From a virus (taxonomy: Duplodnaviria; Heunggongvirae; Uroviricota; Caudoviricetes), in the IMG/VR virus record IMGVR_UViG_2917403263_000004, positions 1 to 37,272 of that record: a DNA stretch of 37,272 nt. One strand, written 5' to 3'. Below are positions 17,737 through 26,738 of the stretch, piece by piece; positions within the stretch are counted from its first letter, which is position 1; every line of letters begins with the position of its first letter. The position numbers and the translations under genes were made by a program. The notes below the pieces were generated by a model, which saw nothing but the letters and a program-made list of their open reading frames with translations, did not search any database and was not told the origin of the DNA.

Positions 17737-18447
17737 TTACGTTCCCTGCAATGCGCGCAGTCTTGCGGCAATGCGCTGGCGCAGGGTTTTCACCTGAATT
17801 TTTGGATGCAGCCAGGCAGCCTGCTCCAGATACTGGTCGGCCTGTTGCAGTATCCCCGGATCACTAATTGCACTGGCCAGTGGTTTGCCGTCATCGCTAC
17901 GCAGCAGCTGGACGCCTGCAAAGCGCCAGTAGCGGGCAGCAAGGCGTTCATTCACACGCCATTTGTCGCGGATTTTTTCAAACACCTGCTGAAAATACGG
18001 TGCGATACTGTTCCCGCGTTCGGCTTCTGTTTCTGCCCATTCGAGAATGAAATGGGCCACAAACGTTGGCAGCTCACTTTTGAAGTTCTCCGGCGTTTTC
18101 TGCCCCTGCTCAATGGCAATGTCAGCCCACTGCAGCGCCAGCTCAAACTGCCCGGTATCAAACAGCCAGATGATGCAGTACACCAGAACGGGATTCTGAT
18201 AGACGCGTTCCCCCTCCAGATAAGCCTGTGCGTGTGGCAGCCAGCGGGGCAGCAGCGTGTTCCGTTTGAATTCCAGCTTGTCAGACAGCAGCTCCATGTT
18301 GTGCAGTTGTCTGATGTCGTTATCCAGTGCCAGCAGCTTAATGTGCTGACTTTCTGTGCTGACGGTGCGCCCGTCTGTTCTGGTCATGAGCGCCGCACGG
18401 CGCTCATCCATCTGTCGGGCTCGTTGTCGCTGCATTGGCGTTGGCAT
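17737..18447 (-). CDS. Terminase small (endonuclease) subunit (gpM-like)
   Basis: About 236 aa. Position between the capsid and head-completion genes as in P2 (O-N-M-L). Start set at ATG 18447 with a GGAG RBS. Confidence 0.6.
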   Translation of the reverse strand: MPTPMQRQRARQMDERRAALMTRTDGRTVSTESQHIKLLALDNDIRQLHNMELLSDKLEFKRNTLLPRWLPHAQAYLEGERVYQNPVLVYCIIWLFDTGQFELALQWADIAIEQGQKTPENFKSELPTFVAHFILEWAETEAERGNSIAPYFQQVFEKIRDKWRVNERLAARYWRFAGVQLLRSDDGKPLASAISDPGILQQADQYLEQAAWLHPKIQVKTLRQRIAARLRALQGT

Positions 18448-18464
18448 ACCGCGCACTCCGTTTA

Positions 18465-19478
18465 TCAGGCGATGGTGACCGCAGACTCATCCACGGCAGC
18501 ATATAAATCCGGATCGCCCAGGGCGTACCCCTCATAACGCCAGTATGAGTTTTCGAACTGTTTGCGATCGCCCACATCTTCCGCTTTACGACGGCGGGAA
18601 CCCTTCAGCGTCAGGATCTGCAGATTTGGCAGCACGGTCACCACCATACGCTTGCCCGGCATAAACGGCGGAATGATGGCCTTGCGGCCCGCAATGTTCT
18701 TCGTCAGCAACTGTGCGGCCACTTTTTCGGTAGGCTTGTCCTCTTTGTTGTAGAGGCGCAGCTCCTCGGCGGCCACAAGGTCAGCGCCGACCAGCACGGT
18801 GAGGCGTGGATCGTTGTGATACTGCGCCGGGATGTAAGTGCGGATCAGGTCAGATGCCATGGCATCCAGTCCCACGTAATCGCCGCCTTCACCCAGGGTA
18901 ACGGCGTCTGTCAGAATACGGGAGGTATTTCCAGGCTGTTCTCCCCACTCACGGGCGATTTCATGCCAGCCGATGTTGACGTCCTCGCCGTTCGGATGGC
19001 TTTCAGGATCGGAGTTTTCCGCTGCTGTTTTACCGTTAAAGCCAATGCGCAGCATATCCAGCGCAAAGTTGGTAACGGCGGCGGAGTTCATCAGGTTGAA
19101 AAATTCCTGCGGGCTGCCGGCATTCGCCCAGATGGCGAGTTGTTCCCAGGTGATCACGCAGCAGGAATCAGTTTCAACGAGTTTAAATTCGTTGCCTTTG
19201 ATGCCTGAACCTTTGGCGAAACGACCGCTTTTCACGCGACCGGTGCGCAGCGTGGATTCGCCAACGGTGACGACCTGTCCCTGCGGGTGCGGAACGTCCA
19301 TGCAGGTGATGAAACTCAGAAACTCGGTGCTTTCCAGTAGTGCTTTACGCAGGGCAATGCTGCGCGGTTCGGTCAGGGAAAAAGTGCGATCACCTGAGAC
19401 AGCGCAGTCACTGAATGTTTTTTGCAGTTCGCTGAGGTACTGATTAACCAGCTTTTGTGCTTCTGGTGTCATGTTCAT
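18465..19478 (-). CDS. Major capsid protein (P2 gpN family)
   Basis: 337 aa. Size and position after the scaffold gene match the P2 gpN family. Confidence 0.8.
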   Translation of the reverse strand: MNMTPEAQKLVNQYLSELQKTFSDCAVSGDRTFSLTEPRSIALRKALLESTEFLSFITCMDVPHPQGQVVTVGESTLRTGRVKSGRFAKGSGIKGNEFKLVETDSCCVITWEQLAIWANAGSPQEFFNLMNSAAVTNFALDMLRIGFNGKTAAENSDPESHPNGEDVNIGWHEIAREWGEQPGNTSRILTDAVTLGEGGDYVGLDAMASDLIRTYIPAQYHNDPRLTVLVGADLVAAEELRLYNKEDKPTEKVAAQLLTKNIAGRKAIIPPFMPGKRMVVTVLPNLQILTLKGSRRRKAEDVGDRKQFENSYWRYEGYALGDPDLYAAVDESAVTIA

Positions 19479-19492
19479 TGCGTTCTCTCCGG

Positions 19493-20383
19493 TTACACCA
19501 GGTTAAAAGTTTCGCCACCGGCCGGATTGTTACCCGGCAGCTTTGTGGCATCCTTGCTGAGTTCAGCAAATGCGGTTTCCATACTGGTGACTTTCTCCGC
19601 GATGGCGTTCACCGTGGAGAACAGCTTTTCACCCTGCTCGGTGGTCAGCGTGAAGGTTTTGTCGTCCTTGTTGTTCTGTTCTGCGTTGTCCTGCCCCTGA
19701 TCGCCAGTGCTGCCTTCCGGCTTGTTATCACCGGTATTTTTCGGGGCATCCTTCGCGCTGAACTGCGCGACGTTTTCTTCCAGTTTGTCCAGGCGTTCGC
19801 CGGTTTTGTTGATGGCGTCCATCAACTGACCGAACTGCTTTTCGTTCATATCGTTTTCCTGTTTGTTGCGTCCCATGGAGAAAAGGTCGGAAAAGAAACT
19901 GCGTTTGGCCTGCTCGTCGTCAGACTGCAGCGTGAAATTCAGTTCTTCTGCATTCCCCATGTGAATGGAATCTCCCTGCGAAAATTGCAGGCGGGTGGTG
20001 TTGATGCTGGCCGGTGTGTCAGTCACAGCGATACCGGATACAAAGAATTTGCCCGTGCCCAGATAGTTTTCCCGCACCTCAATAGAGGTAAAAAGCTTCT
20101 GCCCGGCCTTATTGGCTTCAATCAGGAAGCGATTTGGGATCAGGCGTGCTTTAAGCTGCACCTTGTCACCAAATTTTTCGACTTTCAGGGCATCAACAAG
20201 GCCGTAGTTATTGGTGAAGGCACGCCATCCGGAATCAGCGTGATATGGCCAGAGCATGGCGGCTCGCTCGTCCGGGTTATAAACCTCGGCGGCATCTGTC
20301 AGCCACTTCGGATCAATTTCCCGACCGTCGATGGTGGGGCCTGATGTGGCAACCACAACCCAGTCTGTTTTCTGCTTCGTCAT
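19493..20383 (-). CDS. Capsid scaffolding protein (gpO-like)
   Basis: 296 aa with an acidic/low-complexity C-terminal half (KDAPKNTGDNKPEGSTGDQGQDNAEQNNKDDK). Transcribed divergently from the terminase gene, as in the P2 O/P arrangement. Confidence 0.75.
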   Translation of the reverse strand: MTKQKTDWVVVATSGPTIDGREIDPKWLTDAAEVYNPDERAAMLWPYHADSGWRAFTNNYGLVDALKVEKFGDKVQLKARLIPNRFLIEANKAGQKLFTSIEVRENYLGTGKFFVSGIAVTDTPASINTTRLQFSQGDSIHMGNAEELNFTLQSDDEQAKRSFFSDLFSMGRNKQENDMNEKQFGQLMDAINKTGERLDKLEENVAQFSAKDAPKNTGDNKPEGSTGDQGQDNAEQNNKDDKTFTLTTEQGEKLFSTVNAIAEKVTSMETAFAELSKDATKLPGNNPAGGETFNLV

Positions 20384-20613
20384 CTGAATTAATCCGCTGA
20401 TAAAAATTAAACTGGCGTTATTTAACGGAGAAATAAAAACGTCGTCATCTGATTAATTTCCGGTACTTTCGGATATGCGCATATATCCGAAAAATACCGA
20501 AAACAGATAATCGTTAAAAAAATGCCTGCGGCAAATAATGGGATATTACGGAACGTTACGGAACGAACCGGAAAAAGATGAAAACCCATTAAAATAAATT
20601 CCACAGGTAGTTT
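20384..20613. promoter_or_regulatory. Divergent late promoter region (O leftward / P rightward) with repeat elements
   Basis: 230-bp AT-rich intergenic region. Inverted repeat TTCGGATAT-gcgcat-ATATCCGAA at 20468..20491. Tandem TTACGGAACG x2 at 20546..20565, about 48 nt upstream of the P start. Confidence 0.5.
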
Positions 20614-22401
20614 ATGGCTTATTCTGATGAAGTTATTGCCGCAGCAAAATCACTCTATCTGAAAAGGCACACCCCAAAAGAAATACAAAAGAAGCTCGGA
20701 CTGAACAGTCCGCGAATTGTTTATTATTGGGCGACAAAGTTTGAGTGGTACACACAGCTTAATACTGAAGGCGTGGAGGATGTTATCGCCCGTCGTCTCG
20801 CTGTACTGGCGGAGCGTGACCATAAAACGCCGGAAGAACACGATGAACTCGATCGCCTGATTGGCCACCACGTCAAACTGATGTCGGTCAGAAACAAGCA
20901 CACGGAGCGAATGGCTGAGATTGCACGAATGGGTGCGGACATTCCCCAGCCTGGTCGTTATGGAAAAGAAGAACGCGGAGAAAAAGGTGCAGGTAAGAAA
21001 GAGCGCCCCCGTAAAGCTAATGACGTTTCCGGACTGACTGCTGAAAGTTTTGAGCCGTTTACCAAAAAACTGTTCGCTTATCAGTTGCGCCTGCGTGAAA
21101 ACAAATTCCGCCGTGTACGCAACCTGCTTAAATCCCGCCAGATTGGGGCGACGTATTACTTCGCGTTTGAGGCGTTTGAAGATGCGGCATTAACCGGCGA
21201 CACACAGATATTTTTATCGGCATCAAAACGTCAGGCCGAAGTGTTCCGCACCTATATCGTTAAGATTGCACAAACAGAGTTTGGCATTCCCATTAAAGGC
21301 AATCCGGTTAAGTTAAGTAATCTGGCTGAACTGTATTTTCTGGCGACCAACAGTAACACAGCGCAGTCAAACAGCGGCCACCTGTATATTGATGAATACC
21401 TGTGGATCCCCGGTTTTCGCCGTCTCAATGAAGTGGCATCAGGGATGGCCACCCATAAACACTGGCGCATTACCTATTTCTCCACGCCGTCATCCAAAAC
21501 ACACCAGGGTTACCCGTTCTGGTCTGGCGATGAATGGCGCAAAGGCGATCCGAAACGAAAAGGGGTTGAGTTTCCGTCCTTTGATGAGCTGCGCGATGGT
21601 GGGCGTGAATGTCCGGATGGTCAGTGGCGCTATGTGGTTACGCTGGAAGATGCCATTGCCGGCGGCTTTAACCTTGCTGACATCAACGAGCTGCGCGAGC
21701 GATACAACGAAACAGCGTTCAATATGCTGTTTATGTGTGTGTTTGTGGATGACAAAGAGAGCGTCTTTAAATTCGATGATCTTGTGCGTTGTGGTGTTGA
21801 TGTCAGTACGTGGGAGGATTTTCACCCGGAAGATCCCATGCCATTTGGTAACCGTGAGGTTTGGGGCGGCTTTGACCCTGCGCGCTCCGGCGATAACGCC
21901 ACATTTGTTGTGCTGGCACCGCCGCTGGTTGCGGCAGAACGATTCCGCGTGCTGGAAAAACACCACTGGCGCAGCATGTCATTCCAGTTTATGGCAGAGC
22001 GTATCCGCAGCATTAAGGCACGCTATAACATGACGTTTATCGGCATTGACGTCACCGGTCTTGGCTACGGTGTCTTTGAACTGGTTCAGGGATTTGCCCG
22101 CCGTGAAACAGTGGCCATTCATTACAGCGTGGAATCCAAAAACCGTCTGGTGATGAAGATGCTGGATCTGATTTACGCCAACCGTATTGAGTGGGATGAG
22201 GAAGCCACGGATATTCCGGCATCGTTCCTGGCCATTCGTCAGGAATCCACCAACAGCGGCAATAAAGTCACTTTCACCGCCGAACGTAGCGAAGAAACCG
22301 GGCACTCTGACATCTTCTTTGCCATAGCTCATGCCGCAAGTAATGAACCCCTGAACTATAAGCACAAGCGCAAATCAACATGGATCCTGTCAGATGAGTA
22401 A
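20614..22401 (+). CDS. Terminase large (ATPase) subunit (gpP-like)
   Basis: 595 aa (P2 gpP is about 590 aa). Divergent from O and followed by the portal gene with an 8-nt overlap. Confidence 0.9.
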   Translation: MAYSDEVIAAAKSLYLKRHTPKEIQKKLGLNSPRIVYYWATKFEWYTQLNTEGVEDVIARRLAVLAERDHKTPEEHDELDRLIGHHVKLMSVRNKHTERMAEIARMGADIPQPGRYGKEERGEKGAGKKERPRKANDVSGLTAESFEPFTKKLFAYQLRLRENKFRRVRNLLKSRQIGATYYFAFEAFEDAALTGDTQIFLSASKRQAEVFRTYIVKIAQTEFGIPIKGNPVKLSNLAELYFLATNSNTAQSNSGHLYIDEYLWIPGFRRLNEVASGMATHKHWRITYFSTPSSKTHQGYPFWSGDEWRKGDPKRKGVEFPSFDELRDGGRECPDGQWRYVVTLEDAIAGGFNLADINELRERYNETAFNMLFMCVFVDDKESVFKFDDLVRCGVDVSTWEDFHPEDPMPFGNREVWGGFDPARSGDNATFVVLAPPLVAAERFRVLEKHHWRSMSFQFMAERIRSIKARYNMTFIGIDVTGLGYGVFELVQGFARRETVAIHYSVESKNRLVMKMLDLIYANRIEWDEEATDIPASFLAIRQESTNSGNKVTFTAERSEETGHSDIFFAIAHAASNEPLNYKHKRKSTWILSDE

Positions 22402-23428
22402 AAAGAAAAAATCCCCCGTGTTACACGATGGCGTGGCAAAAAAAACAGCCAGCAAAATGACGTTTATTGAATTTGGTGACCCGGAACCGGTCGCTGCATG
22501 GGGCTGTTATTACGGCTCGCTCTGGGATGGTTATAACGGCTGGTACACGCCGCCCATTGAGCGCATGGATCTCGCCATGTTGGCCAATATCGCACCGTAT
22601 CACGGCGCGGTACTGCGTGCGCGCGTCAATATGATTATGCAGGGTTTTCGTGGGGGTGGTGGTATGACACACGCCGCCATGGCGGCAGCGGTGACCAATC
22701 TGCTGATATTCGGGGATATGGGACTGCTTAAAGTGCGCAATGGTTTCGGGCGGGTGGTGCGCCTGCATACGTTGCCTTCTCTGTACCTGCGGCGTAACAA
22801 CGAGGGTGGCACGGTGATTGTGCAGGCGGCACTGGAAGATCTCGTTTACCCGCCAGGCGAAGTGGTGTTCGTGGCCATTTATGACCCGCAACAGCAGGTT
22901 TACGGTGTCCCGGATTATATTCACGGGATGGAATCTGCCATGCTGAATGTGGATGCCACCCGCTTTCGCCGCAAGTATTACAAGAACGGCGCACATCTGG
23001 GTTATATCCTGTATTCCACTGACCCGGACATGGATCCCGATCTCGAGGCGGAATTCCGTAAAAAGATAGAGGCGTCAAAAGGGGCGGGCAATTTTAAATC
23101 CATGTTTATCAATATACCTGGCGGAGACAAAGAAGGCGTTAAGGTGATCCCTATCGGGGATTCAGGTACAAAAGATGAGTTCCTGAATATAAAAACCATC
23201 AGTGCCCAGGATCAGCTCGTTGCGCACCGTTTTCCACCCGGACTTGCCGGCATCATTCCCGCAAATACGGCCGGGCTTGGTGACCCACTGAAATCCCGCG
23301 AGGCATATTACAGGGATGAGGTTATCCCGATGCGCCGCCTGATTATGGAGGGGATCAACAGCGACCCGGATATCAGACGACTGGGGGAGGTGAAATTTAT
23401 TCTTGATTTTGATGAACCCATGGAGTGA
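22394..23428 (+). CDS. Portal protein (gpQ-like)
   Basis: 344 aa (P2 gpQ is 344 aa). Follows the terminase large subunit gene. Confidence 0.85.
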   Translation: MSKKKKSPVLHDGVAKKTASKMTFIEFGDPEPVAAWGCYYGSLWDGYNGWYTPPIERMDLAMLANIAPYHGAVLRARVNMIMQGFRGGGGMTHAAMAAAVTNLLIFGDMGLLKVRNGFGRVVRLHTLPSLYLRRNNEGGTVIVQAALEDLVYPPGEVVFVAIYDPQQQVYGVPDYIHGMESAMLNVDATRFRRKYYKNGAHLGYILYSTDPDMDPDLEAEFRKKIEASKGAGNFKSMFINIPGGDKEGVKVIPIGDSGTKDEFLNIKTISAQDQLVAHRFPPGLAGIIPANTAGLGDPLKSREAYYRDEVIPMRRLIMEGINSDPDIRRLGEVKFILDFDEPME

Positions 23429-23493
23429 TGTGCGGTATGAGGAAAGAGCGGGTAAAATCGGCGGCAGTAAAACGCTGTTCCGGGAGGTGGAAA

Positions 23494-23751
23494 ATGCGCA
23501 GACAAAAAGCGCGATGTCATTGCTGTGGTGCACATGCGGTGATTGAGAAAACAGCCTGGAAAACCGATCAGTTTGCTGATGTGTATTACCGTTGCACCCG
23601 TCTCGAGTGCGGACATACCTGGGTGATGAATCTGACCTACTCGCACACACTGGTGCCCAGCGGGCTGGAGAATGGTGTGTTAAAGCTGTTGATTGAGCGG
23701 ATGCGCCCGGAAGAAAAACAAATGGCTCTGGAGTTGTTGCAGGCCGGATAG
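23494..23751 (+). CDS. Ogr/Delta-family zinc-finger late-gene activator
   Basis: 85 aa from ATG 23494 (GGGAGGTGG RBS): MRRQKARCHCCGAHAVIEK...YYRCTRLECGHTW. Cys pairs resemble the Ogr zinc finger. The track ORF begins upstream at 23425. Confidence 0.6.
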   Translation: MRRQKARCHCCGAHAVIEKTAWKTDQFADVYYRCTRLECGHTWVMNLTYSHTLVPSGLENGVLKLLIERMRPEEKQMALELLQAG

Positions 23752-23773
23752 CTGACGCGCTTCGCTTGTCCAA

Positions 23774-23820
23774 CCCGGAACGGGCGCACAAAGAATTTGC
23801 GCACCCGTTCCGGGTTTTCT
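23774..23820 (+). terminator. Rho-independent terminator after the Q-ogr unit
   Basis: Roughly 13-bp stem CCCGGAACGGGCGC...GCGCACCCGTTCCGGG followed by TTTTCTT. The convergent Rrf2-like gene stop overlaps the T-run. Confidence 0.55.
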
Positions 23821-24176
23821 TATTCAATGGCAGACAACTGATAATTTGTGTCTTCCTGCAGGCTGGTTAAAGAAATATTATCCAGTGCAGCCAGAATAAC
23901 GTGCTGTGTATATAATCCGGAACATTTCATTGCCCGGACAATATCACCAACACTGTAATTTTCTTTTGTCGGGATATATCCACCACCCGGGCCGCGTGTG
24001 GCTTTTACCAGGCTACTTTCCCGTAAATATCTGAATATTTGCTCCAGATATGACAGTGAAACGGTTTCTTTGCTTAATTGCCGGAGTGAGATTGGCTTTC
24101 CGGTGTACTGTTTCACAAATTTAATCATTACCATAACTGCAACTGATGCACGCTGGCTTCCGGAATTATCTTTCAT
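23820..24176 (-). CDS. Rrf2-family winged-helix transcriptional regulator (short form without Fe-S cysteine cluster)
   Basis: Contains SLSYLEQIFRYLRESSLVKATRGPGGGY, the Rrf2 (IscR/NsrR-like) signature. Start set at ATG 24176 (GGAAG RBS), giving 118 aa. Confidence 0.55.
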   Translation of the reverse strand: MKDNSGSQRASVAVMVMIKFVKQYTGKPISLRQLSKETVSLSYLEQIFRYLRESSLVKATRGPGGGYIPTKENYSVGDIVRAMKCSGLYTQHVILAALDNISLTSLQEDTNYQLSAIE

Positions 24177-24190
24177 CGTGATTACTTCCA

Positions 24191-24466
24191 TTAATGGCAT
24201 AAATTGATGGAGTGGGTCAGTGAATAAAGAGGCATTACATTCCATCCCTTAGAGCGCCAGCTGTCTGCAACATCTTTACTCCTTGTTATTGCTGGTATTC
24301 CGATGCCGTTATTTACATGCATCCATGCCACTGGCTCTGCTTCCAGTGATGCAAGTGCGATTAACATATTGTGATCGTCTTCATCAAGACCGAACGGGAT
24401 GTCTTCGCGCCACGATTTAAACTTTGTGATTTTACGTTGTAGCCATTCTTTGGTAATGGTGGACAT
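24191..24466 (-). CDS. Hypothetical protein (91 aa)
   Basis: ORF in an operon-like array with 3-12 nt spacing. No recognisable motif. Confidence 0.4.
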   Translation of the reverse strand: MSTITKEWLQRKITKFKSWREDIPFGLDEDDHNMLIALASLEAEPVAWMHVNNGIGIPAITRSKDVADSWRSKGWNVMPLYSLTHSINLCH

Positions 24467-24468
24467 GG

Positions 24469-24666
24469 TTACTCCTGTTTTATTGGTCTGATACTGTTCA
24501 GAAGTAAGCGTCGCCGCATATTTGGCGCGCCCCAGCGGTAGCCAGTTTTTTTGTCGTAGGATTCAGAACGTCCGACAACCCAGGATGTTTTAGTTGAATG
24601 CAATTTCAAACGCTTTTCGCCATTCCTGGTGATAACAATTCCTGTATGAGTTTTTATCGCGCTCAT
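24469..24666 (-). CDS. Hypothetical protein (65 aa)
   Basis: Basic small ORF. ATGA overlap with the upstream Ea22-like gene. Confidence 0.4.
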   Translation of the reverse strand: MSAIKTHTGIVITRNGEKRLKLHSTKTSWVVGRSESYDKKTGYRWGAPNMRRRLLLNSIRPIKQE

Positions 24667-25256
24667 TTCGCAACACCTTTGCGAAGTTGGGCGGCAATCA
24701 ATTGGAGATATAGCGCGGATGTGCGATGATATTCCGCTGCTATCGGCGCCTCTTTCTCGCTGCGCTCCGCAAGCTGGTTTAACTCCGTGATGGCTATTTC
24801 CACACCCCGTGCCCGCACTATATTCTGGAAGGCGTCGGTGGCTGGCGTATCTGGCATGAGTGGTGATTCATCAGCAGGCGAGTACTCATCAGAAATGTCG
24901 GGCTGCTCCCCATCAAATACATAGCAACTGCCCCTGATAAACAGCTTCATTGCGGCATTCTCCGCTGCCAGCTCCGTGAAATTAGCCTCCAGCTCTGCAA
25001 TGCGTTTGCTTTGGGCTTCTCGTTCATCCAACAGAGCCCGCACTACTTCAGGGTTGAAAGCTGCGATATAACGAGCGTTGTTCTCTGCGTTTTTCTGTCC
25101 GTCAAAGCCGGGCCATTTGATAACGTCTTCACATCGTTTATCACCGGGCGTATGCACCGCATACGTACCAGTACCCGTCGAAATAAATGCGACCCATTCG
25201 CCCTGTGTTGCCTGTTTTGCTAACTCACGCAGTGCCTGATAGTTGATTTCGCTCAT
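24663..25256 (-). CDS. Ead/Ea22-like protein (lambdoid early-region accessory protein family)
   Basis: N-terminus MSEINYQALRELAKQATQGEW resembles the conserved Ea22-like N-terminus found in lambdoid prophages. 197 aa. Confidence 0.5.
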   Translation of the reverse strand: MSEINYQALRELAKQATQGEWVAFISTGTGTYAVHTPGDKRCEDVIKWPGFDGQKNAENNARYIAAFNPEVVRALLDEREAQSKRIAELEANFTELAAENAAMKLFIRGSCYVFDGEQPDISDEYSPADESPLMPDTPATDAFQNIVRARGVEIAITELNQLAERSEKEAPIAAEYHRTSALYLQLIAAQLRKGVAK

Positions 25257-25319
25257 TAAGTCGGTCTCCTTGTTTATGTTCTGAGGTGGAGATCAGGGCG
25301 AACTCGCCCTGACGTTGTG

Positions 25320-25631
25320 TTATTCGGGGAATAACGCCCTGATATTTCCGGCCATCTGACTGGTTATCTGTGCGGTTGGCACTGGCTGTGACACGGGGCG
25401 TTCTGTCCTGGTTTGTGTCACGGATAACGCCTCATCGTCAGCCCATGCAGCCAGTCGGTAAGCCTCTGCTGGATTCATTTTCAGAAGTGCCAGCCCGGCC
25501 AGAAAAGCCACGCGTTGGCCGCTTTTGCGGGCTTCTGGTGTAAGGCTGTCCAGCCAGGCGCATGCTTCGCTTTCGTTCTTGACGGCCGCAGGCTTCAGAT
25601 AGAAACTTATCCGTCTGGTTGGTGTCGTCAT
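25320..25631 (-). CDS. parR: ParR-like centromere-binding adaptor protein
   Basis: 103 aa from ATG 25631 (AAGGAG RBS, 4 nt after the parM stop). RRISFYLKPAAV...GQRVAFLAGLALL...NIRALFP parallels R1 ParR (RRTIAFKLNPDV...NRAALTAGLALY...ILRSLFP, recalled from memory). Confidence 0.6.
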   Translation of the reverse strand: MTTPTRRISFYLKPAAVKNESEACAWLDSLTPEARKSGQRVAFLAGLALLKMNPAEAYRLAAWADDEALSVTQTRTERPVSQPVPTAQITSQMAGNIRALFPE

Positions 25632-25635
25632 TGGT

Positions 25636-26595
25636 TTACTCCTTGTCCATTGCGTACAGCCCATTAACCAGAGCAAACTGTGGCACCCCATCCGCGATGA
25701 AAGTCGCATTAACTCCGCAGGCTTCGCGGATAGCGGGTGCCACAATCTCCGCCCCGCCACCGACAACCATCACCCGCCCGTAACCCGAAAAACCCGCCAG
25801 CGCGCGGATCACGCGTTGTTTCAGTGTTTCCTCCTTTTCACGAATAACCGCCATCAGGCTGCCGTAATGCGCGTCATTGTGGATGTGCTGGCGCAGCCAG
25901 GCTTCATCATGGCGATGTTCGATAATGGTATTGGCGATGTGGTGACTGGTGCGCATACCGTTAGTGGCCATCACCGACAGTACGGCATCGGCCATCAGAG
26001 AAACGCCTACGTGTGGATCGCAAAACACCTGGCTGATACCTGCCAGTTGCCCCTGAACCTTTGCCACATCCAGCGTGGTTCCGCCCAAATCCACAATCAG
26101 CAGGGATTCAAACGGACTCATGTCAGCCAGTGCCTTAAAGCCAGCCGGAATGGATTCAGGCATAACCCGTACGTTACGGATAGTGAATGCTTCGCTGTTC
26201 TGGTACTCCACCGGGCGCATGACGTTCGCTTTTTTGCGGTTGATGTTGGCCATGTCCGGCTGTGCGTTTGTATCGAAATACTCGCTCAGTGGCAGGGTGA
26301 CAACCACATCCACTTCCTGTGGTGGGATGCCTGATTTGACCAGCGCGTGATGAATGGCAATGACATTCACATCACTGTACTGATATTGCGTGTCGGTCGT
26401 CTGGACAAAGCGATCGCTGACCGAATCAAAACCATAGCGCACACCATCAAGCATGTAGTTCGCGGGCTGCGTGCCACCGAACGGCGCAGACCATTCCGAC
26501 TTGAAGCTGTTCGGGCTGATGGCGTTGCGGCGTTCGCCGTTCTCAGTCCATGCCAGCTTGATGTTGGTGGAGCCGTCGTCGATACAAATTTTCAT
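25636..26595 (-). CDS. parM: ParM/StbA-family actin-like plasmid segregation ATPase
   Basis: 319 aa. N-terminus MKICIDDGSTNIKLAW...ISPNSFKSEW...QYSDVNVIAIHHALVKSGIP closely parallels R1 ParM (MLVFIDDGSTNIKLQW...ISPNSFKREW...[20 protein letters not shown], recalled from memory). Confidence 0.85.
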   Translation of the reverse strand: MKICIDDGSTNIKLAWTENGERRNAISPNSFKSEWSAPFGGTQPANYMLDGVRYGFDSVSDRFVQTTDTQYQYSDVNVIAIHHALVKSGIPPQEVDVVVTLPLSEYFDTNAQPDMANINRKKANVMRPVEYQNSEAFTIRNVRVMPESIPAGFKALADMSPFESLLIVDLGGTTLDVAKVQGQLAGISQVFCDPHVGVSLMADAVLSVMATNGMRTSHHIANTIIEHRHDEAWLRQHIHNDAHYGSLMAVIREKEETLKQRVIRALAGFSGYGRVMVVGGGAEIVAPAIREACGVNATFIADGVPQFALVNGLYAMDKE

Positions 26596-26623
26596 GTCGA
26601 TTTTCCTTATGTTGATTAATTAA

Positions 26624-26738
26624 CCGTTTACGGGATTTTTAAATCCCGCTTTCGCCTGTTTTGTGCGCGCTTCATATATCGCGGCGCGTTTTTTGCTCAT
26701 TTACGGGTTTTGTGAATCCCGTTTCTGTCTGTTTTTTG
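26624..26738. repeat. parC-like centromere: two roughly 42-bp direct repeats, each containing an 18-bp palindrome
   Basis: CCGTTTACGGGATTTTTAAATCCCGCTTTCGCCTGTTTTGTG and TCATTTACGGGTTTTGTGAATCCCGTTTCTGTCTGTTTTTTG. Palindromes at 26631..26648 and 26704..26721, 73 bp centre to centre, immediately upstream of parM. Confidence 0.55.

Noticed and set aside
17692-18537. 281-aa plus-strand ORF across the terminase small subunit / capsid junction
   Set aside because: Antisense to two co-linear late genes with coupled starts and stops.
19457-20344. 295-aa plus-strand ORF overlapping the scaffold gene
   Set aside because: Antisense to the scaffold gene, which has the typical acidic C-terminus. No independent support.
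23752-23820. Possible cos site in the gap after the Ogr-like gene
   Set aside because: The gap is almost entirely one terminator hairpin and I found no match to the P2 or 186 cohesive-end sequence. cos cannot be called from sequence alone.
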